This document shows, in pieces, positions 25,640 to 39,940 of a stretch of DNA of 64,000 nucleotides (the first letter of the stretch is position 1; each line of letters starts with the position of its first letter). The notes under the pieces were generated by a model, which saw nothing but the letters and a program-made list of their open reading frames with translations, made no database searches and was not told where the DNA came from. Source of the DNA: Octopus sinensis (taxonomy: Eukaryota); NCBI RefSeq assembly GCF_006345805.1, contig NC_043022.1, positions 19,902,001 to 19,966,000 on the forward strand. The letters run 5' to 3'. Position numbers and translations under genes: made by a program.

Positions 25640-26778
25640 GTGTGTGTGCGTGTGTGCGTGCGTGCGTGTGTGTGAATTTCAGAGCAAGTTTGTATTTCTG
25701 AATGTGTGTGTGTGAATGTGAGAGCATGTGCATCTCTGTGTCTGTGGTTGTGTATCTGCATGTATATCAGTGGCTTTCAGTGTATGTGTGTGTCTGTATG
25801 AATAAGTGCATGCATCTGTATGTCATGCCAGTGTGTGTGTGATCCTGTATGTGCACATGCACACACACACACATACACACGCTTCTGTGTGTGTGTGTGT
25901 GTGCATGTTTGTGTTTCAAGAAAAAAAAACTGTTTTTCCAAATGTTTTCATTTCATCATAATTACTAGGGCAAACATTTATTTAACCTCTCGCTTTCCCA
26001 GTCACACAGAGTATTACATGCACAGATTCACAGAAGTAAAATTTTGAATAAAAATATTTACATAAAAAAAAAAAACAAATAAAGAAACAAAAACATCTCT
26101 GCTGGAAATGTAATAAAAGACAAAATAAAAATTGAGGCAGTGGAAGATGGCTTCCTGAACATACTCTTAAAAAAAAAAAAGATTGTTTTGTTCCCTTTTT
26201 TTTTATTACAATAGCTAAAACTAAACTCCATTATATCTTCATGCTTATTAAGATCATAATGACAACAACAATGATGATGATGATGATGATGACACAAGAG
26301 TTCCTTAGTAACTCCAAGACTACTAGCAAACTACTAGTAACCGTAAACTACTAGCATTGATTCCCAATAATAAATGATGATGATGATGATGATGATGACA
26401 GTGATGACAATGGCAGTGATGAGCATGATCCATTCGTGCTGTCCGGCTGACCACCACAAAGAGGATTCAAAGAAGGTTTCCTTCCATTCTATCAAGGGAA
26501 TAACACTGGGTAGAGTTTAATGATAATGACAACAATAATGATGATGATGATGATGGTGGTGGTGGTGATGGTTGTCATAGTGATGTTGATGGTGATGGTC
26601 ATGAGTCACATTAAGTTTTAGATGACTCTCTCTCCTCTTCACCCCCACCAAAAAAAAAACAAAAAACCAATTCAATGTAAGTTTAATTCAATGAAAAGAT
26701 TTTGTTGACAATAGCAAGTGACAATGTGAACACACAAACACACACCAGCAGAAATGTTAAATAATAATAATAATAATA

Positions 26779-26818
<40 letters not shown>

Positions 26819-27034
26819 CCTTCCTACAATAAGTACAAGGCCTGAAATTTAAAGGGAAATAGTAAGTCAATGACATTGACACCCCAACATCTAATTGGTA
26901 CTTTGTTTTAGCGACCCAAAAGGATGAACGGCAAACTTGACCTCAGCAGTGTTTGAACTCAGAACGTAAAGAACAAGAAGAAATGCTACTAAGCAATTTC
27001 CATGATGCACTAACGAATCTGCCAACTTTTCCCG

Positions 27035-27065
<31 letters not shown>

Positions 27066-27719
27066 TAATAATCTTTTCTTACTTAAGGCACAAGGCCTGA
27101 AATTTGGTACTTATTTTAACAACCCTGAGAGAATGAAAGGCAAAGTCAACCTCAGCTGAATTTGAACTCAGAACATGAAGAAAGACAAAATACCTATTTC
27201 TTTACTACCCACAAGGGCCTAAATACAGAGAAGACAAACAAGGATAGACAAATAGATTAAGTCGATTATATCGACCCCAGTGCGTAACAGGTACTTATTT
27301 AATCGACCCCGAAAGGATGAAAGGCAAAGTTGACCTCGGCGAAATTTGAACTCAGAATGTAGCGGCAGACAAAATACCACTAAGCATTTCGCCCGGTGTC
27401 CTAACGATTCTGCCACTTAGCATTTTGCCCAGCATGCTAATAATGCTGCCAACTCGCCACCATAATAATTGTACTATAGGCACAAGGACCGAAATTTGAA
27501 GGCAGTGATTCAACCCCAGTGATTCAATGGGGCTTAATTTATCAACCCCAAAAGATGAAAGGCAAAGTTGACCCTGGTGGAATTTGAACTCAGAACATAG
27601 TGGCAGGCAAAATACGACTAAGCATTTTGTCCAGCATGCTAATGATTCTACCAGTTCGAGCATTATATTTCCAGCACAAGACCAAGCTTTAGCCAAAATT
27701 GGAGGGTCAGTCTTAGAAC

Positions 27720-28400
27720 CAAACAAGCGTCTCCATTGTGCTGAATACATAATGAATTTGATGAAGCTATTGCTCATATTGTGAATGAATGTTCTAGACT
27801 GGCCCGAAACCAGTCAGTATATGTTGAGGCAACATGATGAGGTTGTAAAAGTTCTGCATTTGAAACTGTGTGAAAAGTGGAGGTTAGAGAGAGGTAAGAC
27901 ATGGTACAACCACAAACTGCAGGGAGTGACTGAATTGGAGACTAGCAAAATCTTGTGAAATTTCCCAATTCAAATGGACCAGGTGCTCGAGCACAACTGG
28001 ACTTAGTTGTGGTGATGGCCAAAGTAAATCATGTGTGCCCATAACTGATGTAGTATGCCCATTTGATTCACAGATGCGGAATGCAAAAAAGTGGAAGTGA
28101 ACAATCACCTTAAATACAAAACAGCTTGACTGTGGTAGGTAAAAAGGATGAAGATGGTGTTGATTATTGATAGGGCCTTGAGGTCAATATCAAAAGATAT
28201 AGGCATCAACATAACAAAAACGAGAAGAGTGTCCATTAGAGCTGTTACAAAACGTTTGCCTCTCTGGCACAGCCAGAATTATCCCAAAAATACTAAATAG
28301 TTGAAAAGAACAGCATAGTACCATAGGCTACAGATAGCAAATCCTGCTACTCATGCAAGATTCCATGAGTGTCAACAAAACCAGAGTTAGAAAAGTAATA
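27720..28400 (+). mobile_element. Decayed R4/Dong-like C-terminal region (zinc knuckle plus restriction-like endonuclease)
   Basis: IAHIVNECSRLA, RQHDEVVKVLHLKLCEKW, KIL*NFPIQMDQVLEHN, DVVCPFD, with stops and frameshifts. Confidence 0.8.
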
Positions 28401-28439
28401 ATGATGATGATAAATCAAGGAAGAAGTAAAAAAAGTAAA

Positions 28440-28800
28440 TTCTATAATCAATTACTTATAAGATAGTATGCCCAGGTATGTTATTAAGATAGTAACTGAA
28501 GACTTCAATATCCAACTGGATAGAACAAACGTGGAATTTTCTCTACTGTTGGATTGCATGGTCCAAATGATAATGGTATGAGACTGCTAAAACACTAAGC
28601 TTACTGTTGAGTCAGCATTGGTAATGAATTCTTTTTTCACAAATGAATCTATGAAAGGACATGGATTTCACCGCAGAAACACACCAAATGAGATTGACTG
28701 CATTTGCATCAGCACGAGGTGGCATTCATCCCCCACAAGTTGTTCAAGCATAATGTGGTGAAGATACTGCAGCAAGATTTGAAACAGAATGGATGGTTTG
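28440..28800 (+). mobile_element. Decayed RTE-type apurinic endonuclease fragment
   Basis: EDFNIQ, GPNDNGMRLL, LVMNSFF, NEIDCICISTRW across broken frames. Confidence 0.7.
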
Positions 28801-29136
28801 ACAGAATCTGATGAGCTGCAAGAGATGTCACAGGCCCCAATGTCAAGCTATGGCATGCTTCCTACTGCTTGATGCCCTTCCTACAATCCAACCCCTTTGT
28901 AGTGTTTACTAGGCACTATTTTCATGACAGTGGCACTAGAAAGGTCACTAAGTAACTTGCAAGACAAAGAAAAGGAAAAGGCCATTCAAAAGGGCAGCAG
29001 TGTATTTGAAAAGGGGGAAGCGACTTTGTCAAAGAAATAATATATAAAAAATGTGTGAGCTGAAGATGGATGCTAAAACGAGATCAGAAGCTGATTTAAA
29101 TTTCAGAAAACAGTTGCTGGCTACCATCGTAGTATA

Positions 29137-29357
29137 TATGCGAGGAGGTGCTGAAAGTTCCTGGCTTTAAGGGTATTGTGAAAGGTCTGGCTGGAGGCCC
29201 AACTTTCCGAGTTCTTTTACAGGGCTTAAAAAAAATTGAAGGACTGCTGCAATAGGTGTGTGAGTCTGAGGTGGGAATATGTTTGATGAAATCATAATTA
29301 ATTGATCCTCCTGTATTTTCTTTTACCCAAAACCAGGAACTTTTTAGCACCCACTCA
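29137..29357 (+). mobile_element. Internally deleted mariner-like element; reverse-oriented relative near 60250-60445
   Basis: TIRs GGTGCTGAAAGTTCCTGG / CCAGGAACTTTTTAGCACC; residual LKDCCNRCVSLRWEYV resembles a mariner C-terminus. Confidence 0.7.
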
Positions 29358-29495
29358 TACATCTTCAAACTGAAAGTGGGGACATGGAGAAGAGGAAAAG
29401 AAAGGGTGGGTAAGAGAAAAAGGGGCCAAGAATAACACTGATTGTCATTGATAATGAACAAACCAACAACAGATTTTCTACAAAAATGTTCTTAC

Positions 29496-29810
29496 CTGAG
29501 CCACTATGTACACTGCCTGCACTTCCATTTCCACCACCTCCACCACCCCCGCCTCCTCCGACACCGCCGCTCCCCACACCACCAGTGGCACTGGGAGGTC
29601 CGCCACATCCATCAACGAAGCTGCCTACGTAACTGGTGGTGTCGGTGTTGGTGTAGCAGTAAGGTGGCACATAGCTAAGGTTTTGCGGCAGGTAGCTGGA
29701 ACTGCTGTAGGGATACTGGTTGTTCCAGGTGGGTGGTGGCAACGGTGCCAAGGTGTCACGGTCAGCCTCTGACACCGAGTCCACGTCCTCCAGACTGAGT
29801 GATGAGAAAT
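29496..29810 (-). CDS. dsh: Dishevelled penultimate exon: FSSLSLEDVDSVSEADRDTLAPLPPP...poly-Gly...GSAGSVHSGS
   Basis: ttggcag|AT acceptor, G|gtaag donor; 315 nt, phase 1 to 1; conserved DRDTLAPLP. Confidence 0.93.
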
Positions 29811-29902
29811 CTGCCAAGAGAGAAAAGAAATGAAAAATTAAGATGACAATGAGGTTGTTTGGAAATAATAATATTGAATGTATAGTGTTTTATATATCTG
29901 TA

Positions 29903-29945
<43 letters not shown>

Positions 29946-30779
29946 CGTTTTTGGATTTGGTTTGCAAGATTCTTTATATGAGTTCATGTGTTGCAGCATA
30001 TTCTGTTGTGTCTGGGGAGAGTCATTCTCTTTTAGTACCTTATTATTTAACACACTCACCAATAAAATTTCCACTTATTTCGTCTTTTTATTTTCCTAAA
30101 ATTTTCGTTGCGTCTTGCAACCTTTTCAATAGTCTTGACTCTTATATATATATACATACATACATATACTTACACATAACACACACACACACACACACAC
30201 ATAAACACAACCCTGAAGCATGTATCTAGGGATATATACATTAAAGTGCCTCTCTAGTAGTTAACAATAAGTTAAGATGTTCAGACATGTGACAATATTC
30301 TACATGACACATTTATTAGAGAAAGAGAGAGAGATTGTTACCTGTGTAACAAGGATTGATACATGGGCCTATCTACAATGAGCCACCCTCTACCACCATC
30401 CTGTACTCAATAAATACAACCATCAGTGTTTCTATACTAACACCCAGAACACAAAAATCCAGAGCAAATACTTGCATGGCATTTTGTTTGAAGCTCTAAC
30501 AGCACTGCAAATCCACAGTCATAACAATAATGCTAATGTTAAAATAATGTGGAAAAAAAAAACAAATGTTAACCATCTTCTGAGTGCAGTAGGCTAGCAG
30601 GAAAAGAGTATAAATGCAAGTATGACTATATCAGTAAACTGAGTGTGCTAGGATATTAGCCAAATTACTGAATATTCTAATAGGATTTTTCCATAAAAAC
30701 TGATCATATTATTCACGCAATGAGATTATGATATAATCATAAAAGACAGAAAGAACAGTGCAAGATAATTCATTTTGCA

Positions 30780-31100
30780 ATCTCATATGGATATCAATGA
30801 AAGTGAGAAACTGAGAAATAACAGGGTGTAGCCAGGATGATAAAGAGATTGTGGAACACATGGGTGATGGCTGATTCTGTGGTAAATATTGTAAAAAATG
30901 CCCAAATAACTACCTAACACACTGAAGGACATTGGAATTAAGACATGTATTATCAGTCTGGCAGAAAAGTGCCAACTGTATTCTGCGAGGACCCTGAGAA
31001 AGATTCTTGAGATCTGAGGAGACTTGGTGTCACCAAACTTCAAGATAACATATCTTCTAAATTCGTATTTATAGCCTTTTAATAATAATAATAATAACAA
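30780..31100 (+). mobile_element. R4/Dong-like 3' terminus with (AAT)n tail
   Basis: LPNTLKDIGIKTCIISLAEKCQLYSARTLRKILEI* followed by a short UTR and (AAT)n. Confidence 0.75.
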
Positions 31101-31128
31101 CAATGTCTATTACTGTCAAAAGGATGAC

Positions 31129-32037
31129 AGTTGAACAGAGGGGTCAGTTACAAGGGAAAAAATTATAAAATAATGGTGTTTTTACATTTGGTATAGAAAA
31201 CAGGCAAAAAAGAACACACTTATCCCCACTATGTATGTATATTGTGTGTGTGTGTGTGTGTGTGTATGTTCCACTAAAAACAAAATGAGAAATGGCAGTC
31301 AGTAGTTTGTTTTTTTGCTTCTTTTTTTGACCTAAACATTACCATAATACATTACAAAAGTTATTTGTTTTACAACAAAGATTTTAATGGTAATAACAGC
31401 AGCAATAACAATAACTGTGATGAAATTGCTTTCCTTTTCAAAAAAAATAAAAAGCTAAATATATACTTCTTTGAAATATTAAAAAAATTGTATAAAAGAA
31501 GAAATAGAAAGAAAGAAGGGAAATAGTTTAAGAAACTAACAGAAGCAGGATCATGTGACAAAAACCTATTAGATTTGCAATGGGGTGGTTGAAGAGCCTT
31601 GACAGAAGTGGTGGGGGAAGTTATTCTGAGTGCATGTACACACACATAATTAGACATACAAACACACAATTACACACACATGCACAAGTAAACACACCAG
31701 TAATAAATTTTATCCTCTCATCTTTTGTTTTCCACACACATGTAGAATGTTGGCAGTATTTCTTCTGACACTTTACCAATTTGTTTACTACCCACAAGGG
31801 GCCAAACAAAGACGGACATAGGTATTAAGTCAATTACATTGACCCCAGTGCGTAACTGGTACTTAATTTATCATCCCCGAACGGATGAAAGGCAAAGTCG
31901 ACCTCAAAGTTGAACAGAGGGGTCAGTTACAAGGGAAAAAATTATAAAATAATGGTGTTTTTACATTTGGTATAGAAAACAGGCAAAAAAGAACACACTT
32001 ATCCCCACTATGTATGTATATTGTGTGTGTGTGTGTG

Positions 32038-32092
<55 letters not shown>

Positions 32093-32731
32093 CCACTAAA
32101 AACAAAATGAGAAATGGCAGTCAGTAGTTTGTTTTTTTGCTTCTTTTTTTGACCTAAACATTACCATAATACATTACAAAAGTTATTTGTTTTACAACAA
32201 AGATTTTAATGGTAATAACAGCAGCAATAACAATAACTGTGATGAAATTGCTTTCCTTTTCAAAAAAAATAAAAAGCTAAATATATACTTCTTTGAAATA
32301 TTAAAAAAATTGTATAAAAGAAGAAATAGAAAGAAAGAAGGGAAATAGTTTAAGAAACTAACAGAAGCAGGATCATGTGACAAAAACCTATTAGATTTGC
32401 AATGGGGTGGTTGAAGAGCCTTTGACAGAAGTGGTGGGGGAAGTTATTTCTGAGTGCATGTACACACACATAATTAGACATACAAACACACAATTACACA
32501 CACATGCACAAGTAAACACACCAGTAATAAATTTTATCCTCTCATCTTTTGTTTTCCACACACATGTAGAATGTTTGGCAGTATTTCTTCTGACACTTTA
32601 CCAATTTGTTTACTACCCACAAGGGGCCAAACAAAGACGGACATAGGTATTAAGTCAATTACATTGACCCCAGTGCGTAACTGGTACTTAATTTATCATC
32701 CCCGAACGGATGAAAGGCAAAGTCGACCTCA
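31129..32731. repeat. About 780-bp near-identical tandem duplication (31129-31906 / 31908-32731)
   Basis: Both copies start AGTTGAACAGAGGGGTCAG and end GTCGACCTCA. Confidence 0.92.
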
Positions 32732-33451
32732 GCGGAATTTGAACTCACAACGTAACGGCAGACGAAATACCGCTAAGCATTTCGCCTGGCACGCTAACGT
32801 TTCTGCCAGCTCATCGCCTTCTGACACTTTACCAGTTACGCACTGGGGTCGATATAATCGACTTAATCCGTCTGTCTGTCCTTGTTTGTCTCCTCTGTGT
32901 TCAGCCCCTTGTGGGTAGTAAAGAAATGGATATTCTATCCATCTTTATTTTAAAATTCCTCCAAGGTCGATTTTTCCCCTCCCACAAGATTCCAGGCCTT
33001 TTGCCTATAGTAGAATGGATTATTATTATCATTTTCCCATTATTTACTTTAGGGGGTTAAAAATAATGTCAAAAAGCGTTTGAACTTTCATGGGTGTTTA
33101 AAAAAGACATTTGTTCATTGCCATCTCCACTTCTATTCATTTAAAATAAAACAGCTAAGTTTGTTCAAAATTTGATTTTCTGCTCCCATGAACAGAAAAA
33201 TAAACACATGGTGCTTTGGGTTTCAACAGCAAGGTTTAAGTTTCCTTTGGCAGGGTTTTTTTTGTCGTTGTTGTTGTTGTTGTTGCTGTTCAAGAAACAG
33301 AAATGATGAATTTGTCTCTCGATATTTCTTTTACCATTTACTTATTTCAATCACTCGACTGTGGCCATGCTGGGGCACCCTCTTCAAGGATTTGGTTGAA
33401 CAAAGAACTGCCAAGTTATAGACATAACTTGAGGTGGGGAGATGGCGGAAA

Positions 33452-33487
<36 letters not shown>

Positions 33488-34871
33488 CACACACACACAC
33501 CCATGCACAAGCACATACACATTACTGAAGTTTTGAGAAAAATCTTGAAAGAGATTCCAGTTTTGATTTGTGCATTCTTTGGATGACCTTTGAGCATTAG
33601 GTTCCTTTTTAGATACCCAAATACCCATAATATAAGCACACAGAGATTCTAACATTTCCAGGAAGGTCAGGGAGGTGTAAGTGTTAGTAATACATAGCAT
33701 TGCAGAGGGAGGGCCAAGGAATAGAAGTGACAAACCTTTCTTGGAATTCAGTAGATTACATTGTATAAAGCATGAGAATTACGAGAAAAAGCCCAAAAGT
33801 TCAGACTTAGCCAAAATCCATCAGTGTGAGACAGATGTAATCACTGGATGTAAGTAATGGAATTTTAATTTTATTTATTTCAAGTTAAGATTTCATTCAT
33901 TTGCTTCTGAGAAATGTAAAACAGGTAACTTAGCATAGTGGTGAGGAATCATCTTGGTATAATTATACAAACAGGTACCCATGTGCACCTGTGCAAATGT
34001 ATACGTATACTCAAACACACACATACATGTATATACATACACATATATGTACATGTATACACACACTTGCATACATATATATCTATACACACACACATTC
34101 TAGCATATATATATATATATACCTATACACACACACATTCTAGCATATATATATATATATACCTATACACACACATACACACATGCTTGCATAAACATAC
34201 ATACACAAACACCTATGTATGCATGTGCGTGTTTTTGTGTGTGTCCAGAGTGTATGTGTACATGAATAAAAGCAAGGTTGACGTAGGGTTCCTCTGAAGG
34301 ATTTCTGAAATAGTGTTGCTCAATAGGATGCAGAGCTCAGAGACCCAGGATCCTCTTCAGGATGAGCCATTACTTCTCTACATTGAGCAGTCATGGCTCA
34401 AGTATTTATGGGAGTTAATAAAAAAAATATTTAATCCATAATCATTAGTCAGACACAATATATTCTGTTGCATTAAGCGATTTTTTTCTGTTGCATGGAA
34501 CTTGAAGTCATGGAGAATGTGTTGGCCATATTTAGTGTAAGATGAGAAACTTCTTATGTGAGTGTACATGCGTGTGGAGAGAGACAGAATAAGAGAAAGA
34601 GACATGCTTCATGAGAACACACATAATATGGCAGATAAAGATGATGGGTGAGTGTAAAGAAGAGCATTCACTGTAATTATTGACAAAAGCAGAGTGAAAG
34701 ACAGAATTTGTATCATGAGAAGAGAACAAGCAAGGCTGCTGCAAAACACCCATCCATATGATCGATTTTGCTAAAAAATATTGATAAATACTTAAATAAA
34801 TGATATGTAAGTCATGTTTAGCGAAAATAAAAACAAACAAAAATATACAAAGAAAACAACACAAACTTTAA

Positions 34872-35091
34872 CCCTTTTGTTACTAACCCGGCCAAAACCG
34901 GCTCTGGCTCTGTGGTAAAATGTCCTGTTTTCATAAGTTTTGAATTAAAATATTCCACCAAGCCTTAGTCACAATTTACGTTCCTAACACAAGATTAATG
35001 ATAATTAAGTTATTTTACTAAATTCTTTGTTATATTTAAAATAGTTGAAAGAAACACAGAGCATCTCAAAATAAATACAGTAATGAAAGGG
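34872..35091. mobile_element. piggyBac-type MITE
   Basis: TTAA|CCC...GGG|TTAA; inverted copy at 49325-49544. Confidence 0.85.
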
Positions 35092-35303
35092 TTAAATGAA
35101 ATGAGGGGGTCAAACAAAAGTATAAAAAGAAAAAGGTAACACACACAATGAATGGCAACAGATTTTTCTTAAGATGATGAAAACATTTCACTTTCATTTC
35201 ATAATAAATGAGTTAATGAGTGATGAAGGGCATGCAACAGGTGTAAGTGAATGAGTGAGAGTGATCTAAGTATGAGAGTGAGTCTGTTATGAAATGAGAC
35301 TGA

Positions 35304-35336
<33 letters not shown>

Positions 35337-35479
35337 CTCAGATACACATACACCAATAGAGGCAGACATACAAAGAGACAGATAGATACATGCATTGTTA
35401 TCTGTGCAGTGATGAAGACTACAAGGGGTGTAAAGGCAATATGGCAGAAATAACTCTTGTATATTATTTGATTATTTAT

Positions 35480-36250
<771 letters not shown>

Positions 36251-37799
36251 TACAAAGAGAGAGAGAATGAGAGAGAGATAAAGAGAGAGAGAAAGAGCAA
36301 TAGCTGCAGAAGTGCTCAGATCGAAAAATGATGAAATGAAGCATAGCAAACTGACCTGGAAGAGCCTGGACACCTACAATGATGAGGTTTTTCAATGTGA
36401 CGTGAATGAGGATGGATACAATGTGACATGAAATGAGGGTGGGCACAATAAACATTTAAAGAATGAGAGGAAAAGGGGACAACAACAAAAAATTGAAATA
36501 CACTACATTATAATAACAATAATGAAAATACAAAATAAAAATGAACAGAAACAACACCAAGATAATAAAAAAAGTTGAACCGCAATTACTATAATCACCT
36601 ACCTATTAATTGCTAACACAGGCCACCACTAATTACCATACATGTTTCAGCTAATCATTATTATTAGATAGTATTAGACAACTGAGTTAGTCTGTTATGT
36701 CATCAACCTGCTGTGAAGTTTTGTGTTATTACAAAAGTAAAGGACAATCTCTTCAAGAACCAATGGATTTTTTCTTAGACCATTGTTGAGATGAACATGT
36801 ATTTGCTTCGGCTTTTTTTACCATGGGCGCATGTAAGTATTTCATTTATTTCTTATCGTATTTTCTACTGAAGAGGAAAAAATCTATGAGATTAATTCCG
36901 AAATTGATTCAATATAGAAATAACGAACTTTTTTTAAAAATTCTGTTGACTAGCTTCCCGATTTCAGTACAACGTATTTCTGTAGTCTGTTATCAGCATA
37001 TTGCCATAGAAATAAATTTTCTTTTGTTTATAAGTTGTTTATAATTTTAACCTTTAAAGATATTTTAATATGCTGCCACTTTTTGATGAAGTTTTTTCTG
37101 TAAAATACTTCATCCTATATTAGTAGTATATATATATATATATATTTATGGTTTAGTGGTTAGAGTGTTGGGCTCATAATCATGAGGTAGTGTGTTCGAT
37201 TCTTGGATCAGGTTGTGTGTTGCGTTCTTGAGCAAAAGACTTTATTTCGCATTGCTCCAGTTCACTCAGCTTTAGAAATGAGCTGTGATGTCACTGGTTC
37301 CAAGCTGTATTGGCATTTATGTTTGTCACATCAAACGACATGGAGAGGCAAGGCTGATATGCATGTCTAACAGCTGGCCTTTCAGAAAACAACCTTGCCC
37401 TACCTCATGCCTTGAAAGGAAACAGCAAGTTTGTTTCATAAAACTACAGCTTTCTCAGGCAGTTTGGTAAAAAAAAAGGTGTTTAACCAGAGATGAAGAG
37501 ACCATTCCCATGAAGATGATAGCGGACATGAGTAGAGGAAATGTTTTATTGATGAACTGTGATAGTGATAAAGTGGAAGGAGTTTTTGTGAAAACATTGA
37601 TGGAGTTGTCGGTTGATGACCTGTCATGAATTTTAAAAAGTAAGCAAGCATTAAGCAATAAGTAAAGAAATATCAAAAGAAAAGCAATGGTGACCTCACT
37701 GAGATTTGAACATGGATTTTCATGAAAAGAGCTGAAACAAATATCACAAGCCATTTTGTCCAACACTCTAACAGTTGTACCCATCCACCGCTCTAACAG

Positions 37800-38190
37800 T
37801 CATCATCATCATCATCGTTTAAGATCCGTTCTCCATGCTAGCATGGGTTGGACGGTTCGACCGGGGATCTGGGAAGCCAGAAGGCTGCACCAGGCTCCAG
37901 TCTTATCTGGCAATGTTTCTACAGCTGGATGCCCTTCCTAACACCAACCACTCCGTGAGTGTAGTGGGTGCTTTTTACGTGCCACCCGCACAGGTGCCAG
38001 GCGAGGCTGGCAATGGCCACGGTCAGATTGGTGCAATTTACGTGCCACCGGCACAGAAGCCAGTCGAGGCGGCACTGGCATCGGCCACGATTCGGATAGT
38101 GCTTTTTACGTACCACCAGTCCAGGGGTCCTGGCATCTGCCGGGTGCCAGTCATAGGATTGGTTCAATTTCGATTTCGATGATAATAATG
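37800..38190 (-). mobile_element. Interspersed repeat family C with (GAT)n tail, probably LINE-3'-derived (copies near 25080-25310, 40780-41040, 43670-43945, 54130-54485, 59060-59290)
   Basis: Recurrent GCTGGATGCCCTTCCTAACGCCAACCACTCC and CCATGCTAGCATGG...CATCATCAT. Confidence 0.8.
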
Positions 38191-39329
38191 ATGATAATAA
38201 TATCAATCCTTTTCTTACCCTATTTCTGTTGAAATACACTTTGTTCCAACTGATTTTGAAAAAATGAAGAATTTGATAAAGTCTCTGCTGTTAACCCACA
38301 CTGTGTGGGAACCAAGCATATTCAGTTCTGTTTATTTGAGACAAATGGGAACTGAGTTAATTCATTCTTGATAGTGAGGTACTTTCCTGAATTCTCCACA
38401 TCTTATATGATGTAGTATGCTCATATTATTTTAACTGACCAATAGACAGTGTTCGTGGAAACTGATTTGCATATGATTAGCATGTTATATCACCAACAAA
38501 AGCTGGTGCTTGGAATATAAATTTATGGGGAATTTTGATGAACAGTTTTAATTTAAAAACCTTTAAACCAAAGTTTGTACCATAGGACCAGGTGTGCTCT
38601 CAGGCAGTCTGGCATCAAAAAAGGAGAAAAATGAGTCAATAATTTCATTTCAGCCATCAAACTGTTTGTGGTTGGCTCCCTCGTGCTTTTTCCATACAAC
38701 AGACTTGGAACCGCTTGCTTGATCAGTTGAAAACTCTGCATACCAGATGCCAGTGGGTTTCAGTGGTCATCAGGAGAGAATAAGCACCAACTTGGGGCTT
38801 TCCACTTAATGATTTTACAGTAAATTGGCCCCTTTGTAGAGGCACATGGCTTAGTGATTAGGGTGTTGGACACATGATCATTAAAATTGTGGTTTCCATT
38901 CCTGGACTGTGATCTGGGGCAAAACACTTCCTTTCATATTGCTCCAGTTGACTCAGGAGGCAAAAATAAGTAATCCTGCAATAGACTGCTGTCCCATCCA
39001 GGTGGGGGACTATATAAACCAGGAAACCAGCCCTTACGGGTTCGGCATGAGTTGAGAAGGTAACTTTACTAAAGAATAAATAGGCCACCTTCACTGATGT
39101 GAGGCCTCACCTACTGGACTGAGTGACTAATATTCCATCTGAAGTCCATTTCAGGATCCCCACCACTATTCATGTTGTGGAGTCACACAGGTCTGACTTG
39201 CTGAATAAGAATAAGACCAAATTAGAAGTGTGAATTATGGAGGAGTTCATACGGTATATATGTCTGCCAGAAATTTTTTGGAAGAAAAAAAAAACAAAGT
39301 TTCTATCTCCATAGTAACAGATGGATGGA

Positions 39330-39705
39330 AGCACTCCGTCGGTTACGACGACGAGGGTTCCGGTTGATCCGATCAACGGAACAGCCTGCTCGTGAAATTA
39401 ACGTGTAAGTGGCTGAGCACTCGACAGACACGTGTACCCTTAACGTAGTTCTCGGGGATATTCAGCGTGACACAGAGAGTGACAAGGCCGGCCCTTTGAA
39501 ATACAGGTACAACAGAAACAGGAAGTAAGAGTGAGAGAAAGTTGTGGTGAAAGAGTACAGCAGGGATCACCACCATCCCTGCCGGAACCTCGTGGAGCTT
39601 TAGGTGTTTTCGCTCAATAAATACTCACAACGCCCGGTCTGGGAATCGGAACCGCGATCCTACGACCGCGAATCCGCTGCCCTAACCACTGGGCCATTGC
39701 ACCTC
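39330..39705 (-). mobile_element. tRNA-head SINE, family D (5' part also at 1695-1885 +; 3' parts near 24840-25100 and 47450-47580)
   Basis: Head GCAATGGCCCAGTGGTTAGGGCAGCGG...CGGTTCCGATTCCC; near-identical segment at 1695. Confidence 0.8.
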
Positions 39706-39772
39706 CTATAGTAACAGAAAGAAGCCAGTGAAAGAATGCTATAAAATATGGTGTAGAAAGAAAGATACTTAC

Positions 39773-39940
39773 TTCCACAGAGATTGCCAAATACATAATA
39801 ACATTGCTCAGAAAATGTGATTTTATTGACAGTGTGTCGAATGTAACCAACTTTGAGTAAATTACAAGCATATTTCCGTGCATCTCGGCGGTCAGAGAAA
39901 CCTTGTACATGAGTAAACAGCCAATCAACTAAATCAGCAC
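39773..39940 (-). CDS. dsh: Dishevelled exon, DEP: [55 protein letters not shown]
   Basis: tttgcag|GT acceptor, A|gtaagt donor; 168 nt; [18 protein letters not shown]; absent from the ORF track. Confidence 0.97.

Noticed and set aside
26300-26520. Possible alternative terminal exon in the last intron
   Set aside because: Phase-1 readings give an immediate stop or a microsatellite-derived peptide, and the acceptors are weak.
34310-34370. Minus-strand CTGAAGA-GGAT...ATCC
   Set aside because: Not followed by GAAA and has no helix III or NUH.
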